Source of the DNA: Fonticula alba ATCC 38817
Taxonomy: Eukaryota; Protista; Nucleariida
DNA: 64,000 bases
NCBI GenBank assembly: GCA_000388065.2
Contig: KB932205.1
Strand: one strand, 5' to 3'
Shown here: piece by piece, positions 1 to 14,555 of the stretch
How the letters are laid out: each line of letters begins with the position of its first letter
Numbering within the stretch: position 1 is the stretch's first letter
Translations under genes and position numbers: made by a program
Notes under the pieces: model-generated
The model's database searches: none
Told to the model about the DNA's origin: nothing
What the model saw: the letters and a program-made list of their open reading frames with translations, nothing else

Positions 1-1031
1 GGTTGGCAGCCATGGCCGGGAAGTGTGGGGTCTCTATGAGACGAGGTGAAAAAGGGCGACTCAGGGGAAGAAAGGGGAGGCGAGGGGGAGGACGTGTGTG
101 TGCGTGTGGGCGAGGGGGGATGAGGGAAGTAGAAGGGTCCCGTCCGGCCTGGCATTCTCTTCAGTGTGTCTTGGTCCCGTGGAGGGTCGCGGGCTGAGGA
201 GGGAGCAGCACAGTCGCGATGCACGACAGATCGGGCACCGCTCAGCCCCGGGGCGGAGGGACCGGAGCAGGTACAGAGGTCCCCTGTTGCGGTGGGGGGG
301 GGGGGGGGAGGGCACACGTCTGAACTCCAGTCAAGAGACCGGCCAGGGGGCTGTCCACTCAAGAAGGNNNNNNNNNNNNNNNNNNNNNNNNNNNNNNNNN
401 NNNNNNNNNNNNNNNNNNNNNNNNNNNNNNNNNNNNNNNNNNNNNNNNNNNNNNNNNNNNNNNNNNNNNNNNNNNNNNNNNNNNNNNNNNNNNNNNNNNN
501 NNNNNNNNNNNNNNNNNNNNNNNNNNNNNNNNNNNNNNNNNNNNNNNNNNNNNNNNNNNNNNNNNNNNNNNNNNNNNNNNNNNNNNNNNNNNNNNNNNNN
601 NNNNNNNNNNNNNNNNNNNNNNNNNNNNNNNNNNNNNNNNNNNNNNNNNNNNNNNNNNNNNNNNNNNNNNNNNNNNNNNNNNNNNNNNNNNNNNNNNNNN
701 NNNNNNNNNNNNNNNNNNNNNNNNNNNNNNNNNNNNNNNNNNNNNNNNNNNNNNNNNNNNNNNNNNNNNNNNNNNNNNNNNNNNNNNNNNNNNNNNNNNN
801 NNNNNNNNNNNNNNNNNNNNNNNNNNNNNNNNNNNNNNNNNNNNNNNNNNNNNNNNNNNNNNNNNNNNNNNNNNNNNNNNNNNNNNNNNNNNNNNNNNNN
901 NNNNNNNNNNNNNNNNNNNNNNNNNNNNNNNNNNNNNNNNNNNNNNNNNNNNNNNNNNNNNNNNNNNNNNNNNNNNNNNNNNNNNNNNNCCCCCCCCCCC
1001 TCCCCCTCGCTCCTTAGTCCCAATCATCACC

Positions 1032-1602
1032 ATGTCGTACTTCAACCAGCAGCAGGCTGCCTCCAACCAGACCTTCATGCAGGTGCGTTCCCGATGGTCG
1101 CCTTCTCGCCTGCGCGCTCCCTCCTTTATCTTTCGCTCGTCATCTTCGACGGGCGGTGGGCCCGAGGAACTGGTGCCCTGCCGTTGCTCACCGCCTTCCC
1201 CTGCCCGACCCGGGCCTGCCTGGTTTTCCCTCCCGGGCGCCGGCACACGCGCCTCCCTCGGCCTCAGCTCGAGCATGAGATGGAGGCCATGACCGATGTC
1301 TTCAACAAGTACGTGTGCTCGCTCCCCTTCCATCGCCTTCCCCCGGTTCCCCGTTCGAACGTCGCGCACTCACCTAGCCTCGCCTGCTGTCGGCCCAATC
1401 CAGGATCATCTCCTCCTGCCACACCAAGTGCATCCCGACCAAGTACTCGGAGTCCGACCTGAACAAGGCCGAGTCGGTTTGCGTTGACCGGTGCTTCTCC
1501 AAATACATGATTGTCCAGCAGCAGATCGGCAGCAAGCTGCAGGAGCTCAGCCAGAACGTCCAGGAGATGAACGCCGAGGCGGCTGCCCGTGCCAGCCAGT
1601 AG
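1032..1602 (+). CDS. TIM10: Mitochondrial import inner membrane translocase subunit Tim10 (small Tim chaperone), 3 exons
   Basis: Exons 1032-1082, 1268-1308 and 1404-1602 with GT..AG introns give MSYFNQQQAASNQTFMQ-LEHEMEAMTDVFNK-IISSCHTKCIPTKYSESDLNKAESVCVDRCFSKY...*. It has the twin CX3C motif and closely resembles yeast Tim10 (..DMFNKLVNNCYKKC..YSEGELNKNESSCLDRC..). Confidence 0.93.
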
Positions 1603-1846
1603 GGCCCTCCGGGCCTCTTCGTGGATCGCTGGTCACCTGGTCCCCCTCCCTTCCCTCTCTCTCTATCTCTCTCCCTCTCCCCCCCCCCCTCATTTCTCTC
1701 TTCAATCCCACGCTGCCCCAATATATGACACTAGATTCCTGGCCTCCTTCAGCGAGATGTATGCGGATGTGCACATATTTGTGTGTGTGTGTGTGTATGT
1801 TTGTGTGTATAAAGAGGGAGAGGGGGAGAAATGTCAGTGTATTGGC

Positions 1847-3235
1847 TTAGGCGGTGGTGGCTTCAGGCATCATGGGGGTATCCTGCTCAGGTGCCGGGGC
1901 ATCGCCCCCGGCCGGGGTGTTCGCATCCTGCTGCAAGGAGGTGTCCTGTCCACACAGCGGGGCAGCCGGCTCCGGAGCCGGGGCTCCCTCGAGGATGGCA
2001 TCTGCACTTGGGGGGATGCCGGCGTCCTGCTGCTCGGGGCCGCCGGGAGAGCCGGGCACCGGGGGCTCGGCCATGGAAGCGCCGGAGTCAGCATCATCGG
2101 CAGCCTGGCGCAGCTGCTCCTCGATGCGGCGCTTCTGATGGTCCTTCAGCACGGCGGGCAGGTAGTAAATCTGGATGAGGGTCGGCGGCCGGGCGGGAGG
2201 CGCGCCATCCGGGGCCGCCGGCCGCCGGCCAGCCTCCAGGAAGGCTGGCACATAGGTGGTTTTCAAGAAGTTCGGGGCAATATGCTTGTGGCTGCGGTTG
2301 GACTGGTCGATGGCCTGTGTAAGGTGGCCCCAGACCATCGGGAGGGGGGGGGGGAGAGAGAGAGGAGCAGACAACGGTGGCCGATGTTGCCCAGATGCTT
2401 TGGAGTCAGTGACGGGGCCATGCAGCCGGCAACAGGGTGGCCCGACGGGTGGGGCGGTGCGGGTCGGTGTGCAAGACCGCCGGGCCGGAGGGTAGACCAT
2501 CGGCGGAGATCGCACCTGGCGGAATTCCGATTCGGCCGGAGTGTCCAAACGGCCGGCAGCCCCCCGGGCCAGGCCTGGGTCGGAGGCCGGCATGGAACCG
2601 GCTCTCCCGGAAAAGCCCGGGCCCGGTGGCTGGCCTACGGCGGAGTCCAACGTCGCGGTGATGCCCTGCTGCCGTGCCAGGACTCGCTGCTGGATGCGCA
2701 GCCGGCGCTGCTCGAGATCCTCCTCATCGCCCGGGGCCATGAGTGGGGACGCCGCCGAGGCCATTGGAGTGGCGGCGGCGGCGGCGGCGGCGGCCGTGAC
2801 CGCGGGGACTGCCTCCGAGGCCGTGGACTGGATGTGCTCAAAGGCCGCCGTGGCCACGATCGACGCGGAGCCCAGGTCACGGAGGGCCGCGTTGAACATG
2901 CGCCGAGCGGCCTTCGTGGCGCCGACATCCCGGTAGCCCCGTGGGCGGACTTGCGCCGGCGAGGCCTGAGTCGCTTGGGCGAAGCTCGGCCGGACCAGCG
3001 ACGAGTGCAGCGGCCGTGGCGGCTCGGCGGGCGCCACGTCCTCCGTCATCTCATCTTCTTGCCGGCTGGCGGTGCCGGGAGCCGTAGGGGCAGGGGCGCC
3101 CGCGCCCGGGGGGGATGCGCCAGCATCGACACTGCCATCGGCGTCGGCGGTAGGCATGTCATCATCCTGGTCGGAGAGAGACTCCAGGAAGTCCGAGAGG
3201 ACCTCCTCATTGTCAGGGTGATGTTCGGTGTCCAT
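1847..3235 (-). CDS. Hypothetical protein, 462 aa, apparently single exon
   Basis: Long ORF MDTEHHPDNEEVLSDFLESL... with coding-like codon usage, a pyrimidine-rich upstream flank and a stop converging on the TIM10 3' end. No recognisable family. Confidence 0.7.
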   Translation of the reverse strand: MDTEHHPDNEEVLSDFLESLSDQDDDMPTADADGSVDAGASPPGAGAPAPTAPGTASRQEDEMTEDVAPAEPPRPLHSSLVRPSFAQATQASPAQVRPRGYRDVGATKAARRMFNAALRDLGSASIVATAAFEHIQSTASEAVPAVTAAAAAAAATPMASAASPLMAPGDEEDLEQRRLRIQQRVLARQQGITATLDSAVGQPPGPGFSGRAGSMPASDPGLARGAAGRLDTPAESEFRQVRSPPMVYPPARRSCTPTRTAPPVGPPCCRLHGPVTDSKASGQHRPPLSAPLSLPPPLPMVWGHLTQAIDQSNRSHKHIAPNFLKTTYVPAFLEAGRRPAAPDGAPPARPPTLIQIYYLPAVLKDHQKRRIEEQLRQAADDADSGASMAEPPVPGSPGGPEQQDAGIPPSADAILEGAPAPEPAAPLCGQDTSLQQDANTPAGGDAPAPEQDTPMMPEATTA

Positions 3236-3891
3236 CGTGCTCTCTCAAGGACAGCCGGGCAACGGGAGCGGCAGGGGGCAAGGGGGGGGGGAGNNNNNNN
3301 NNNNNNNNNNNNNNNNNNNNNNNNNNNNNNNNNNNNNNNNNNNNNNNNNNGGGGGGCGAGGGGGGCGGGCGGGAAGGCAGAAGGCCAGCAGGGGCAGGGG
3401 AGCGGGCAAGGCAGAGTGGAGGTCCGACTTCAGAGGCTGGCACACCGGCCGGGCAGCGTAGTCCCCCGGCGCGCCGGCTCAAGTGGCCTTTCACCTGCAT
3501 GTGGGGGGTGTGTGTGTGTGATGCCGTGCCGGAGCAGGCCGAAAGGGCACATTCGTTGGCACTTCGAGTGAGCGCGTGGGGGCGTCCCCCGCCTCGGGCC
3601 CCCGTTGTCTGGTGGCTCCCTCCCTAGGCGAGAGTGGCGGGGGCGGGGGCGGGCTTCTGCTGGCTTCACCCACGCTCCCCCCCCTGCCGGTGGGACGCTG
3701 GAAAGGAGGGAATGTTCCCGCTGGCCGCCGGGCGGCTGCCCCAAGCGCACCCCTCCTACTGTATGCCACACGCCTGTTTCCATTCCCCATCTCGTTCCTC
3801 CTCGGTCCCCCCCCCTCCCCTCTTTCTCCCCTTCTCTTCCGCTTTTCGCCCCTCCCACTCCCTCCCCATCCAAGGCATCCCCTCCAGCAGC

Positions 3892-5723
<1,832 letters not shown>

Positions 5724-6851
5724 AGAGAGAGGAGGGGGCGCCCACCGGGAAGGACGACCGGCACCCGCAAAGCCGCCTCGGGCTCCTGCCGGTCTCGGGA
5801 TCCCCGGGCTCCATGCCCATGTGCCCACGTGAGCACGCCTCCCCTGGCCCGGGGCGAACATCTCCGTTTCCGCGGACCTGCTCTCGCCCGCGCCGGGGGC
5901 GGGGGGGGGGGGGGGTCCCCCGCCGCCCGCTTGGAGCCTTTGTTGTGTTCTCTCTCCCTCTCTCTCTCTCTCTCTCTGTCTCCCCCTCTCTGCGTCTTTC
6001 TGTCGATTGGTGTGCGGGTGCGGGCGTGCGCCCTGCGGGCTCACGGCCTCCCTGGGCTCTATGCCCGCGCATTGGGCGCGCCACTCGGCCTTGCGCTCTT
6101 TTCCGGCGGAAGGAAAGGCGGGGGACCCCCTTGTTGATGAATGTATTTTATATGTCCCTCTTCCCAAGTGTCCAAAGCAGGGGGGTGGGAGGGATCAAAA
6201 ATAGTGGGGCGCGCCGGGTCGGGAGGGGCGGCGAGGCGGCAAGAGCTGTCCCCCCCAGGAGCCGGCGCGGACGCTTGACACCTTGGTTTCGGGGGGTGGG
6301 GCGCTCTGGCGTCCTACTATGCATGTGCGCGCATGCTTTCGCACCCGTAACCGCCGCCAGGCGGGAAATGCAACGGCATGGGACGCGTCCTCCAAGAGCG
6401 GGGGAAAAAGAGCGCGAAAGAGAGAGGGCCGGCGAGAGCCAGGACCGGAGAGGGACTATGATGCGATCTGGCAGCGGCCTCGGGGGCCAGCTGTCGGTGT
6501 GGGGCGGCCTGAGGGGGGGGGGGTCCGGCCCTCTCCCTTCCTTCCCTCCCAGGGGAGGGGCGGGAATGGCAGGTCCCGGTCGCCCGCCCGGATATGGTGC
6601 CTGCCCATGAAGCCGACCAGTGGGCGCGCTGCTCGGCCGGGCCAGCAGCTGGTGCGGCTGCCTGCGCAGGTTGCCCTTCCATCACATGTGGGCCGGCCTG
6701 GCGCAAAAGCCGCATCTCGGCCGCCGGCGGCCGGCTCTCGCGCCGGGCCCTGCTGTCACGGGCCGCCGGCCGCGGTAGGGGCACACGCCGGAAAAAGACC
6801 CGGGCAATTGTTGTTTACATTTCCGGCCCGGGGCGAAGGAGCACCCACCCG

Positions 6852-6882
<31 letters not shown>

Positions 6883-7697
6883 GCACGCAGGAACTTGGGG
6901 GGGGGGGGGGGGCCGGTCCTGACACGATCGCCCCTGGCTAGCGGGTGCTTCGCCCGTGGGGCAGGCCGATGGTGCGGGTGCTGGGCCTAAAAACACCAGG
7001 TTTGCCCTCGGGCTAGCCCCGGTCGCCGCGATGGGGGCCCACCCGTGCGAGAATGCCCCGACAGTGCTCTCGTAGTGGGTATTTATGGCTGGCCCAGTTC
7101 ACGACCCGGGGGGGGGGGGGGGCGGGGCGCGCCGGTCAGCTATTGTGCGGGAAAAAAAAGAAGGGGAAAGGAGTTGGGCGATCCGCCACCCTGCGTGACC
7201 TGCCCCTGCCCCCCCCCCCCCGCCCCCCAGGGAGCCGGGGGAAGGGGGGAAGCACCGAACGGGGCGAGGCAAGCCCACGCCCGACCGCGGCTGACCCCCT
7301 GCGGGCGCGCCTGCTACCGTCTCCCCGGGCGCCGAGTCTCTCGTGGGAGATCCCAGAGCCCTCGGCGGAATTGCCCCCAATGCGTGGCCCGGATCTCGCC
7401 GATCGGGTCCGGTCCGGCCCGGCCCCGGGCGAGGCTGTTGGGCGTGGGGATCCGCGTCGAACCCGCCCCCCCCCCCTCTGACCCCGCCCCTCTTGGGGGG
7501 CCGGGCCGGCGGCGCCCAGCCCGGCGAGATGGCACAGGCCGTCCTCCCAGTCGACCGCGTCTTTCTCGTTCATTGCCCCCCCCCCTCTTCTCCTCCTCCT
7601 GCTCCCGANNNNNNNNNNNNNNNNNNNNNNNNNNNNNNNNNNNNNNNNNNNNNNNNNNNCCCCCCCCCCCCCCCCCCCTCTCGTGGGCCCTCTCCCG

Positions 7698-10600
7698 ATG
7701 GCCAGCATGCGCCCCTCCGGCCCCCTTCGGGCCCCGAGGCGGCTGCTCAGCCTGCTAGTCCTGTGCGCTTGCCTGGCCCTGTTCCATGCGACCGGGGCCG
7801 CGGCCCCGGCCCGACAGATCCAGACGGACACCTTCCGTGCTGGTCGTGCTCGGCGCGATATCACCGGCCCGGCTGGGCAGATCAACATGATGGGCTACGC
7901 CAACCCCATGCAGTCCACCGGCGGGCTGGACTCGCGCCTGTATGCGCGGGCCTTTGTCTTCCAGGGGGCCAACTCCGACGCCAACTATGTGGGCCCGTCG
8001 TTGGAGATGCGCGCGCGTGCGGCGGCCGCGGCGGCGGCGGCGGCGGCGGCCACCGACTCCGACGGCCGGGACCCCTTCTCCTCGCACGCTCGTGACATTC
8101 CCGAGGAGCACCGGCGCCGTGCCAACGTCCAGTCCCGGCCGCAGGACACCCAGTATGGCAAGGCCCCGACCGGGGACCCGCACCTGGCGGCCGTGGCCCT
8201 GATGGACATTGCCTTTGTCACGGAGAACCTGGTGTTCGGTGTGCTGGATGAGCTGCAGCGCATTTTCGCCGCACGCGGCCAGGTGTCCCCCTACGACGTG
8301 ACGAACATCCTGCTGGCAGGCACCCACACGCACTCCGGGCCCGGTGGCTATGCGCAGTATGTGCTCTTCCAGATGACCAGCGCCGGCTTCGTGGAGGACT
8401 CCTACTGGGCCATTGTCCTGGGCACGGCCGAGGCCATCGTCGCGGCACATGATGACCTGCAGTGCGTGACATGCCCCGTCCTCTCTCCCCCCCCCCCTCT
8501 GCTGGCTGTCCTTTTTGATTTTGTTGCTCACCCTGCCTTGCCCACTCTGTTGATGGCCCGCGTGTCCATCCTTTTCTCCCTCCCCCTCTCTCTCTCTCTC
8601 TCCTTCTCCGCCCTTCTCTCTTTTCGTCCATCTTGATCTTCCTCTCCCTCTCTCCCCCCTTTCATCCACATGAATGAAGGGCTGCCGAGATCCTGGCGAC
8701 CAAGGGACACCCCAACCCCGGGGATGGCCTGATCGGCCGGAACCGGTCTCCCACCTCCTATCTGGAGAACCCCCAGTCCGAGCGCGATCGCTACCCCGGC
8801 GACACCGACACCGAGATGAGCCTGCTCCGGGTGCGCAGTGTGCCGACTGGCAATGCCAAGCCCGTCGACCTGGGCCTGATGAACTGGTTCGGTATGTGGG
8901 CCATTTGCCTGGCCTCCCTCCTCGGCCCGGGCCTTGCGGTTTTGCTCGCCCGGCTGACTGACCGCGACTTCGCCTCCTCAGCTGTCCACCCTACCTCTCG
9001 CAACAACACCAATACCCTGATCAGTGGCGACAACAAGGGCTTCGCGTCGTATCTCTTCGAGCAGGCGATGGCCCCCCCGGGCGGCAGCGCCGATGCCGGC
9101 ACCGAGTCGCCCTTCGTGGCGGCCTTCCTCAACTCCAACATGGGCGACATTTCCCCCAACATCGAGGGGGCCCAGTGTTATGACGGGCCGGCGGCCGGGG
9201 ACTTCTGCGATCCGCTGCACTCCACCTGCCCGAACAATCGCGGTCTGCAGCGGTCGCAATTCTGCCACGGCGTTGGCCCGAGCGGCCGTGACGACCGCCT
9301 CAACAGCCGAATCATCGGCGAGCGCCAGTACCTCCTGGCCAAGCGTCTTTTCGGCCAGGCGGCCAACATTGGCAATGGCGGCTGGCGCGTGGCCGGTGGC
9401 TCCTTCGGCAGTCAGGCCGAGGTGGAGTCGCGCATGATGTTCATCCGGTTTTCCGATCGCCGCGTCCTCTCGGACCCGACCAACCTCCCGCCCCTGCGCA
9501 AGCCGGTCGAAGTGGAGCTCTGCAAGCCGGCCATGGGGTACAGCTTCGCCGCCGGGACCACCGATGGCCCTGGCATGTTTAACTTCTACCAGGGCCAGAA
9601 GCGCGGGTCGCCCTTCTGGAACTGGGTGCGCAACTTCCTGCGCGTGCCCTCCTCCAAGCTGGTCCGCTGCCAGCGTCCCAAGCCGGTACGTGGCTGAATG
9701 GCTTGTGCAATGCCTGCGAGTGTTTCTCTCTCTGTGTGTGTGTGTCTGGGCGAGCGGGGAGGTTGCTCGCACAGCGGCGTCCTCCTCCTCGGCGCAGCGT
9801 GCCCACCCTGTGAACGGCCAGCTCCCTGGGTTCTTCTCCCCCCCCCCCCCCCCCCCCCCCCGACCCAGCCCCCCCCCCCCCCCCTTCGGGCCGTTGTCCC
9901 TCCTCCCCCTCTCCGCAGATTCTCCTTGCCACCGGCGAGGCCACCCTGCCGCATGCCTGGCAGGCGGACATTGTCCCGGTGCAGCTCCTTCGCATTGGCG
10001 ATCTGGCGATTGCCGCCCTGCCGGGCGAGTTCACCACCATGGCCGGCCGGCGCCTGCGCGAAAGTGTCCACAAGATCCTCATCGATGGCGGGGTCATCGG
10101 CCGGAACACCGGTCTCACCGTGGTCACCGGCTTGGCCAGCAGCTACATCGACTACATCACCACCCAGGAGGAGTACCAGCCGCAGCGCTACGAGGCGGCG
10201 AGCAACATCTTCGGCGAGCACACCTTCGCCGGGTATCTGAGCGCCTTCGGCCAGCTGGCCGATGCCATGGTCACCAACTCCACCGTGCCGGTGGGCGAGT
10301 GGCCGCCCGATCTTCGGGGCAAGCTTATTACCCGGTTTTCGCCGAAGCTCAGCCCGGATGTCCTGCCGACCGGCGTGGACTTCGGGGACTTGGTGTCCGG
10401 GCCGGAGGCGCGCATTCGCGTGGGCGACACCGTGGAGGCGGTCTTCTGGGGCGCCAACCCGCGCAATGACCACCGTCGCGGGCGGACCTTCCTGCGCATT
10501 GAGCAGAAGCTTGGCAGTGGCACCTGGCAGACCGTGCGCACCGATGCCGACTGGGACACGGAGCTCGAGTGGCTGCCGCAGAAGAAGGACAACTCGCGCG

Positions 10601-11037
10601 GCGGCGGCGGCGGCGGCGCCGGCGCCGGCGGCAATGCCGATGAGGCCGATGGCTCTGACGCCGGCCTGCCCTTTGTCCAGGGCATGGACGAGCCCGATGA
10701 GTATATCTGGGCCTCGGACAGCCTGCGCCCCAGTATGGAGGACATCCCGGAGGAGGACCTTGTCGAGGAGTACCGGTGGATGGGTCAGCACTTGAGCTTC
10801 GGCCGGGGCACCGCCCTCGGTGTGTCCCCGGGCCAGCCGCACTGCAATGCCAAGAAGACCCTCACCTCCCAGGTGGCCATCCGTTGGCGGACCGCCGGAA
10901 ATGGGTCCTCCGTGGCCCCGAGCACCCCGAAGCCCGGTGTCTACCGGATTGTGTACACCGGCGATCGCTTGCACTCCGACTGCAAGACCGTGAGCTCCTT
11001 CTCCGGCGTGTCGCCCGAGTTCCAGCTCTATGTTTGA
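7698..11037 (+). CDS. ASAH2: Neutral/alkaline ceramidase, probably secreted (signal peptide), 4 exons
   Basis: Exons 7698-8461, 8680-8891, 8982-9685 and 9919-11037. Hydrophobic N-terminus, DITGPAGQINMMGYA, LYARAF, Zn-binding GTHTHSGPGG, NRSPTSYLENP, NWFAVHPTS, SGDNKG, GDISPN, GTTDGPG, PGEFTTMAGRRLR, YEAAS, and a C-terminal Ig-like domain (GANPRND, PGVYRI). Confidence 0.94.
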
Positions 11038-11188
11038 TGATGTGTCGGCCGCGTGACCGCTTTCATCGGCCTTTCTCTTCCTTTCGCTCCTGCCGGCCGT
11101 CGGCGTCGGCGGCCCATTGGCGAGGGGGACTTCGGGGCCCATGGCGGCGAGAGACGACACGCGCGCCTGCCTTTGTGTTCGCACACCT

Positions 11189-11189
11189 G

Positions 11190-11247
<58 letters not shown>
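11189..11247. repeat. (GCGT)n tetranucleotide microsatellite
   Basis: Direct tandem run of GCGT about 150 bp downstream of the ceramidase stop. Confidence 0.95.
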
Positions 11248-11248
<1 letters not shown>

Positions 11249-11699
11249 CTGTGAGTAGTACGCAAAGTGTATGACGCATGGGTAGTCGTGCTAGCGCCGA
11301 CGGCCATCTCGCGCTGGTGGATCCGCACGGACACAGCCGAGCGGCCCCCCTTGCCGCGCTCTCTCCCTCTCGCAGAGGGGAGCAGCTGTGTTCAAGCATG
11401 CTATTGTACCATCCCCTCTTGCCCCTCTCTCCCTATGCCCTTCCCCTTCTTTAATTCACCCCCTTCGCGGGGAAGGGGACAAGGAAAACAGCGACTTTTC
11501 GAATGTCATGCCTGCTGGGGGTGTCATACCTTGACTGGGTTGGCTTTTCGGTTCTGTTTTTGTATTTGCAAGGTTTCTCATTGCATCGGCCTGGGGGGGG
11601 GGGTGCCCTGCCGAGCCTCGGAGCCGGCGCGAGAGACGAGGCACATGCCGATGATTTGAAGATGGCCAGGGCGGGGTAGCATCGGGTTGGGCATGGGGG

Positions 11700-14555
11700 G
11701 AGGGAGACTACACGACGGGAAACAGCCCTACTGGCGAGCTATTGCCGGGATCGGAGAAGCCGAGCACCGGCGGGAAAGGGCTGACCGAGGGTCATGGGCA
11801 ATCCGGTGACGGGCATGGAGCACGTTGCTCGTGAATGGGAGGAAGGAATCCGACGGCAAGCCGGCCCATAAGCGGCCTGCCTGGAATGGGGAAGGACAGG
11901 GGACAAGGAGGCAGAGGAGATTGGCTGGCAGACATGCGGAAACCAGGAGGCAGTGCGATCGAGGGCGGAAGCTCGGCATAGAGGCGAGGACTGGCGCATC
12001 CCGGGTGGCCCTGCCGCAGAGCAACATGTGGAACTTACCCACCCACAGCGGGACGCTCGCGATGCCGCAAGCGCCTGGGCGACCGGGAGGAGGGGAGACG
12101 GATGGCACTCGGCATCACCAAAGCAACCAACGGTCAGCGCGCTGCCCCAGGTGCCTGGACGACCGGTCCTCCCTGGGGCCGCGGGCCGGACATTGGTGCA
12201 AAGGGATCGCGAGGGCCCGAGGCAGATGCGGAAAAATCGACGCTCGGCATTCAGGAGCCAGCCTCCTCGTGTCTGACGCCGGGGATGGCGGGCTTACTGC
12301 GCCCTTTGGTTGATGGTGCTCCCTTGTGCAAGGGGGGGGGGGATCATTGTCTGCGGCGTTGGCAACCACAGCAAAGGGTCGGCCGCCAGGCGATGGTGCT
12401 CGGCCGATTGGGCGGCCGCCTTCCAAAATATTGTTCCCCTCTCGTCCTCGATGAAAGGGCTCCGCACCAACCTGGGGAGGTCCACTGACTGCCCTCGATG
12501 CGCACACACAGGAGGCCCGGCCCGGTGAGGGACGTTGGAAACCCCGATGTCGGCATCGCCGCCGGCAGACCGCCTGGCCGAGTGGCAGCTGCCCATACTG
12601 CTGATGAAGGCGCCGGAGGTCGCATCGGTGATGGTGGGCATGGCCCGAGCCGTGACGCTGACGCCGGTGGCAACGAGAACAGCAGCCGCACCCGCGCTGT
12701 CATCGGCTTGGGACTGGCGCGGCCCAGAGTGCCGGCGGATGCCCCGCCGCATGCTGGCCGAATAGCGACACGGACATGCTCCGGCACTTGGACCAGCTTG
12801 TCAGGGCGCCGCCGAGCGGACGGTCCGGCGGCTCAGGAGCCCGGGCTGCCGGCTTGCAGGTGCCATCCGCCCGAAGGTGTGGTCCGAGATGCTGCGATCC
12901 CGATGGCGATGCTCCAGCAGGGCGAAGGGCCTGGCCGGGCGGCGAAGCACCCTCAGACAGATGTAGCTGTCCGGGGTCAGAGCCAGACGCGCATGCTGTC
13001 GAGTTGTGGCCCGGGAGCGGGCATTCGTGCGGGGTGCTAAAGGTGCTCAGATCTCGCACGGCGCAAGGCAGGCGGCATTCAAAGGGGACGGGGCTGGACA
13101 CGGCCGGCGTCTTGTCAAAGATGACCGTGTCGGGGCGGACCTCGGTCATGGAACACGGCGGGCTGGCCGTCATGGTAGCCCTGTTGCCGGAGTGCACGCT
13201 CGCAAATGCCTGGCCAAAGGCTGGCCGCATGGACATCCGGCGGAAATGCCCCTGGACATCCGGGCAGCCGGGCCGGTCGAAAGAGGAAGGGAAGCAGGCC
13301 CGCTCGGAGGGCTTTCGCACTTGGCGGACGTCGAAGCCCGGGGGGAGGTGCGTGATCCCGGTGACAGCGGCATCGGGCCAAAAGCGCGGTGCCCCTCGCG
13401 GACAGCGGCTCACCGCGGTGAGCAGGTCGACCCAGCCGAGGTACTCAACCCGCAACACACGCAGGGCATTGGCCAGGCAGATCTGCCGGGTGCGAGCTTC
13501 CACGAAACGGGCCATGGCCTGGCCCTCCGACCAGAGGGAAGGGGGGGGGGCACAGAAAAACTCAATTCTTCAAAGAGCTTGACATGGTTGCGCCCATGCA
13601 GCAGCGAGTGCGCGATATTCACCCGGATGAAGCCTGCCACCGGCAGGCCTTGAAAGGGGCACACGCTCCGGGCAAGCGAGCTGCCGGGAGGCGGGAGGCG
13701 CTCGAGCTGGCTCGCTAGCAGCAAAGCCGGGAGGCTACTGTGCGGGAATCAAGAGAGGGCCACTCCTTGACCACTGGCAGGATGAGGGGCTTCTGTCACC
13801 GGGCTATCATGCCCAATGCAGGGATTTCCCCCACCAGCTGCCCGGGCGGCACAGGCGGGTCCTCGTGCATCGGATCAAGGCCCACGTCTTGTTGATTGTC
13901 ACCGGTGGCGCGCGGCGGGCCAGGACGTTGGGGCCGCTGCCGTATATGTCATCGTCATGGTCGCCGCCATTGGCGCCGGCACTGGCATCGGCACCGAGAC
14001 CGACACCGGCACAGACACCTGTTCCGGCACGAGCATCGACCAGGGTCCTGATAAGAGTGCTGGCATCGGTGTCGATGGGCCCACTGACCCGACTCCCAAG
14101 ACCGTCGCCACCGCTGGCTACATCGCCATGGGAGGCGAGGCGACCCGATCGGGGGGACTTGGCTGGAGGGGGATCCATCGCGGGGCCGGGGGGTGTCGAG
14201 CGCTTGGCCGCGATTCAGGCGCCGGCTGGCATGGTGGAGGGCTCCTGGCTCATGTGTCTGTCCTGGGGACCTCCCGGCGGGGCCCACGCGCCGGTGGGTG
14301 GATCCTCCTGGCCAGGTACCGCCTGGTGGAGAGGGGCCTCGTGTCGATGGGGGAACCTGGGGGCCGGGATGACCGCGAGCGGGGCCGCCCAGCGACCATG
14401 CCCTGGACCCTTTGACCGTGTGGGGCATCACCCCCGGAGAGGACGGACGCCGGGAACTGGGGGATGTGGTCGATGCCGGCGAAGGCATCATCCTCGATCG
14501 ACGACCCGGCCAGCATCTCGAATATCCGTGCCCGAAAGTGCCCATCCGGCGCCAT
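11700..14555 (-). other. Possible divergent multi-exon hypothetical gene (structure unresolved)
   Basis: Several minus-strand ORF pieces look protein-like (14250-14555 MAPDGHFRARIFEML, 13410-13724, 12700-13515 MARFVEARTRQICLANALRVLRVEYLGWV, 12294-12752). A branch-point/polypyrimidine/CAG acceptor lies near 14570. I could not build a clean spliced model. Confidence 0.3.

Noticed and set aside
1-60. Possible minus-strand gene start (ATG at 13, MAAN..) preceded by a TAG acceptor, running off the window
   Set aside because: Only four codons are visible, so it cannot be supported.
98-1462. ORFs running through N-gaps (368-989 and others)
   Set aside because: Their length is an artefact of Ns translated as X.
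1589-3571. Long antisense or off-frame ORFs (e.g. 1589-3571 +, 4317-6167 -, 9586-11334 -, 35694-37808 -, 53393-55258 -)
   Set aside because: They are shadows of real genes. High GC and biased codon use suppress stops, and the translations have no family motifs.
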